Below, one piece after another: positions 60,139-64,000 of a stretch of 64,000 nucleotides of DNA. A program made the position numbers and the translations under genes. Each line of letters starts with the position of its first letter. The stretch's first letter is position 1. The notes under the pieces are model-generated. The model worked only from the letters and a program-made list of their open reading frames with translations, ran no database searches and had not been told where the DNA came from. Origin of the DNA: Eledone cirrhosa (Eukaryota); contig OZ024748.1 of assembly GCA_964016885.1 (NCBI GenBank), positions 46,996,001-47,060,000 of the forward strand, read 5' to 3'.

Positions 60139-60308
60139 GTGTAAAAACATTTATATGTATCATGTTTAATACAGACATGGCTTCGACAGGACTAGAACTG
60201 TTTCATTCAAAAGAAATCATCAGGCAGGCTTTCCTATTGATTTCTTTTGAATAAAACATTTCTAGTGATGTCGAAGCTATTTCTATATTAAACACGATAT
60301 TTACACCC
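60139..60308. mobile_element. Old fold-back element with degenerate HHR in both arms
   Basis: Imperfect arms around ~60228; - strand reads CTGATGA-tttcttttgaat-GAAA-cag..ctg-TC-gaagc. Confidence 0.6.
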
Positions 60309-60399
60309 TACTAATGCGCCGAGTACCTTACTAACTGTGGATACCACCAATTGAACCCGGGACGCACACACACACACACACATATATATATAATAAATA

Positions 60400-60468
<69 letters not shown>

Positions 60469-60602
60469 TTATTAATTAAAACAACAGATTAAACTTTAAT
60501 CTGTTATTTTAATAAATATTTGCTCTACGGTTCTTAAATATTTGATATATATTTATCCTTATCGAGCGCTCTTTGGATTTTAGTTTTCACATTTATTATT
60601 AT

Positions 60603-60647
<45 letters not shown>

Positions 60648-61409
60648 TATATATATAATAAATTAGAAATTGAAGCTTTCGCTGTATTTTTTTTCACTTT
60701 CTTTCTCACTTATTGCTGATTGATCATAATTTAAATACATTTTGGGCCGCCCATATATTAATTATTTGTTATAGTGGAAATTTCTATTTCATAAATTCCA
60801 GTTCTAACTATCTTTGCGCAATTGCAACAATATTATGTAACCTCACACTTTGGTCGCTGTCTCTCTCTCTCCCCCATCTACCTCTCTCTCCGTCTACTTC
60901 TCTCCACAGTCTACCTCCCTCTCTCCTCCGTCTACCTCCCTCTCCCCCTCCGTCTATCTCTTCTCATCTACCCAGAAATATGTGATACTGTATCATGTGG
61001 CGAAATCGAGATATTTTTATTTTTATTTATGTTAGTTTTTTTTTTATATATAATAATTATATATACATATATTTTTACATTAAATGATTTAGCATTAACG
61101 CAATTATCGTTTTACGAATAGGTGAAAACCATATTTATTTTTCTATGGTTATTAGTCTAATTTATTATACACCTACATTGTCATACTTACATCACTAATT
61201 CGACTATTACGTCGAGGAAAATGCTTCACTAATGAAACATAATAAAGGCGAAACATGTGAAGCTGCTCCCGTTCTTAATGAAAGATTTTCAAATCAATAT
61301 GACTCGTTATAATAACCGAATTGTTTCTTTGAAGTGAATTAATATGCTGGTTTGGATCTTTATATCTATGCAACACGGAGTGGTAAATAAACATATACAT
61401 GTACACGAA

Positions 61410-62062
61410 GTCCAAACACAACGGAACCAAACTCCCACAGTCACTGCCTCGTCTCTCCCGCTCTCATCTCTCATATACAATAGGTCCAAACACAGAGGAA
61501 CCAAACTCCCACTGTCACCGTCTACCCCGCTCTCCCCATCTCGCATATAAACCAGGTCTGAACACAAAGGAACCAATCTCCCAGTGTCTCTCCCGCTCTC
61601 CCCATCTCTCATATACACCAGGTCTGAACACAAAGGAACCAAACTCCCAGTGTCTCTCCCGCTGTCCTATTTCCCATATACACCAGGTCCGAACACAAAG
61701 GAACCAAACTCCCAGTGTCTCTCCCGCTCTCCCCATCTCTCATATACACCAGGTCTGAACACAAAGGAACCAAACTCCCAATGTCTCTCCCGCTGTCCTA
61801 TTTCCCATATACACCAGGTCCGAACACAAAGGAACCAAACTCCCAGTGTCTCTCCCGCTCTCCCCATCTCTCATATAAACCAGGTGTGAACACAAAGGAA
61901 CCAAACTCCCAGTCTCTCTCCGGCTCTCCCCATCTCTCATATACATCAGGTCTGAAAACAAAGGAACCAAGCTCCCACTGTCTCTCCCGCTCTCCTATCT
62001 TCCATATACACCAGGTCCGAACACGGAGGAACCAAACTCCCACTGCCTCCCTCCCCGTCTCT
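61410..62062. repeat. 65/66-bp minisatellite with alternating dimer structure
   Basis: AACACAAAGGAACCAAACTCCC anchors at 61561, 61627, 61692, 61758, 61823 and 61889. Confidence 0.92.
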
Positions 62063-63220
62063 CTCTATTATGAGCAAATGGTGATAGGATATTTGGGAAT
62101 GGAAGTACACAAGTAAACAATTATGGTTGTCTGTATATTTTTACTTTTGTATGTATGTAGGAAAATATATAAACATGAGCGTATACGTACACGTATACTT
62201 CTAAGGCGGTATGCGTGTGTGCATTATGTAAGTATTATGTGTGTAAGTATGCGTGAGTGTGTGTGCGTGAGTGTGTATGCGTGAGTGTGTGTATGCGTGT
62301 GTATATATATATATGTGTGTATATATGTGCATATATGTGTATATGTATGTGTGTATGTATGTGTGTGTGTATGTGTGCGTGTGTACATGTGTATCTATAT
62401 GTGCATGTGTATGTATGTGTGCATGTGTATGTGTGTAAGTAAGTGTATGTGTGTAAGTAAGTGTATGTGTATAAGTATGTGTGTGTATAAGTATGTGTAT
62501 GTGTGTAAGTATGGGTGTATGAATTTGTATGAATTTGTATGTATATATGTGGGCGTATGTATGTACTGACCCAAGCCTTGTGAAATGAAAATTAGTTACA
62601 TATATATGTAACTACGTGTCAATATGTGAATTGATACATAAAATGTCCTTTACCATATAATTACTATAGTAGAAAGGAATAAAAATATTGATTTTTCTTT
62701 ATAGAATTCTATTAAAATATTACATTATTAAATTTACAGCGTTCCATTTTCTAATTGTAACATTTTCCACCAATTTTCGTAGAAATAAATCCTTTGTATA
62801 TTTAAGTTTATCTTGAGTTCAATAGAGTGAGAATGTCTAGCAGAGACTTGCAAGATATCGTACGTTCTTTAGTACTTCTCTGAAATATGTAAGTAACAAC
62901 GGAAACCTCCGCAACCATAAAGCGACTTTTATGCTCTTTACGATCCCGGGTAAATATAGCCGTTAAATGATAATTTCAACGGCTTATATAAAAGACAGAC
63001 AGAGCTAATGCAATTATACTTAAGAATAAAACGGTCAATCACAGACACATACACACGTACACACAAACACACACATATATTTCATTTCGAAACCGTAATT
63101 GTCGGTGGGTTCGTCGAGGTACCATAGGCATACAGCGTTTCTTGGTCAAATTTTAAACCTGGCAGAGGCTATTACTTCTTATGTTAATTATATATATATA
63201 TATTATATTATAAGAAGAGG

Positions 63221-63282
<62 letters not shown>

Positions 63283-63287
<5 letters not shown>

Positions 63288-63521
63288 AGCTATCGCCGTA
63301 TTTTGACTAAAGAAATTATTTAGACTGATTATTTACCCTCGGAGAAATGGAAAAAGATGAGTATTGACGTACGTCAATACTCATCTTTTTCCATTTCTCC
63401 GAGAGTTCTTAAACCCACTATCAGGCTAAATAATTTCTTTAATATCTTTAGTCGAAATACGGTGATAGCTTACATTTATAATAATATCAAACCCGCTCGC
63501 TGTTTCCAAAATATTCTTACT

Positions 63522-63523
<2 letters not shown>
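63283..63523. mobile_element. Fold-back palindrome (family H) with one-sided tail in (TA)n
   Basis: Zero-spacer centre GACGT|ACGTC at 63370/63371; outer arms imperfect to 63475; tail to 63523. Confidence 0.85.
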
Positions 63524-63592
<69 letters not shown>

Positions 63593-63598
<6 letters not shown>

Positions 63599-64000
63599 AT
63601 TAAATAAATGGAAAACTATATTTATAAAACCATATTTATTTCATTATATATATTTCGGGGATATCATATTAACAATATGCTATGCCTTCATCAGACAAAA
63701 TACAATATAAACAGTTTTATAGATAAATAGATTCGACATACCGTAATAAACACCGACTTCATTTGAAGAGGTTTACGCTAGCAGACTGCTAGCGTAAACC
63801 TCTTCAAATGAAGTCGGTGTTTATTACGGTATGTCGAATCTATTTATCTATAAAACTGTTTATATTGTATTTTGTCTGATGAAGGCATAGCATATTGTTA
63901 ATATGATATCCCCGAAATATATATAATGAAATAAATATGGTTTTATAAATATAGTTTTCCATTTATTTAATATTGTAAATATACTCCAAATATTTGTCGA
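63593..64000. mobile_element. Family G perfect palindrome (192-bp arms) with an HHR in each arm
   Basis: Centre at 63785; arms 63593-63784 and 63786-63977; tail runs off the window edge. Confidence 0.92.
63868..63933 (+). ncRNA. Type I hammerhead ribozyme (family G)
   Basis: tattttgt-CTGATGA-agg..catatt g ttaatatg..ccc-GAAA-tatata-TA-atgaaata; mirror copy on the - strand at ~63637-63702. Confidence 0.75.

Noticed and set aside
61410-62062. CRISPR-like periodicity (~66 bp)
   Set aside because: Whole units repeat with no unique spacers; eukaryotic context; no cas genes.

Overview
Very AT-rich, microsatellite-dominated eukaryotic DNA. The tRNA-SINE families and simple-repeat landscape look like a coleoid cephalopod, probably Octopus (inference). 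No host gene can be identified; almost all listed ORFs are artefacts of simple repeats. The real content is mobile DNA. There are three decayed Naiad-type Penelope-like retroelements (RT with YRDD, C-terminal GIY-YIG with CNC..CP..C), each with a type I hammerhead ribozyme (HHR) in its pseudo-LTR. There are about 20 tRNA-derived SINE copies of two families, 3' relics of CRE-, R4/Dong-, RTE- and CR1/L2-like LINEs, several minisatellites, a ~17-kb degenerate (TA)n field, and a 200-N gap with a probable false duplication. The most notable unexplained layer is a set of short NON-coding insertions into (TA)n tracts, in at least 6 sequence families. Most carry an HHR, and many are fold-back palindromes with a one-sided tail. 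Two are ~540-bp terminally redundant units resembling retrozyme or circular-RNA monomers, and one carries a U3-A8 covariant HHR core. All folds and alignments were done by eye.
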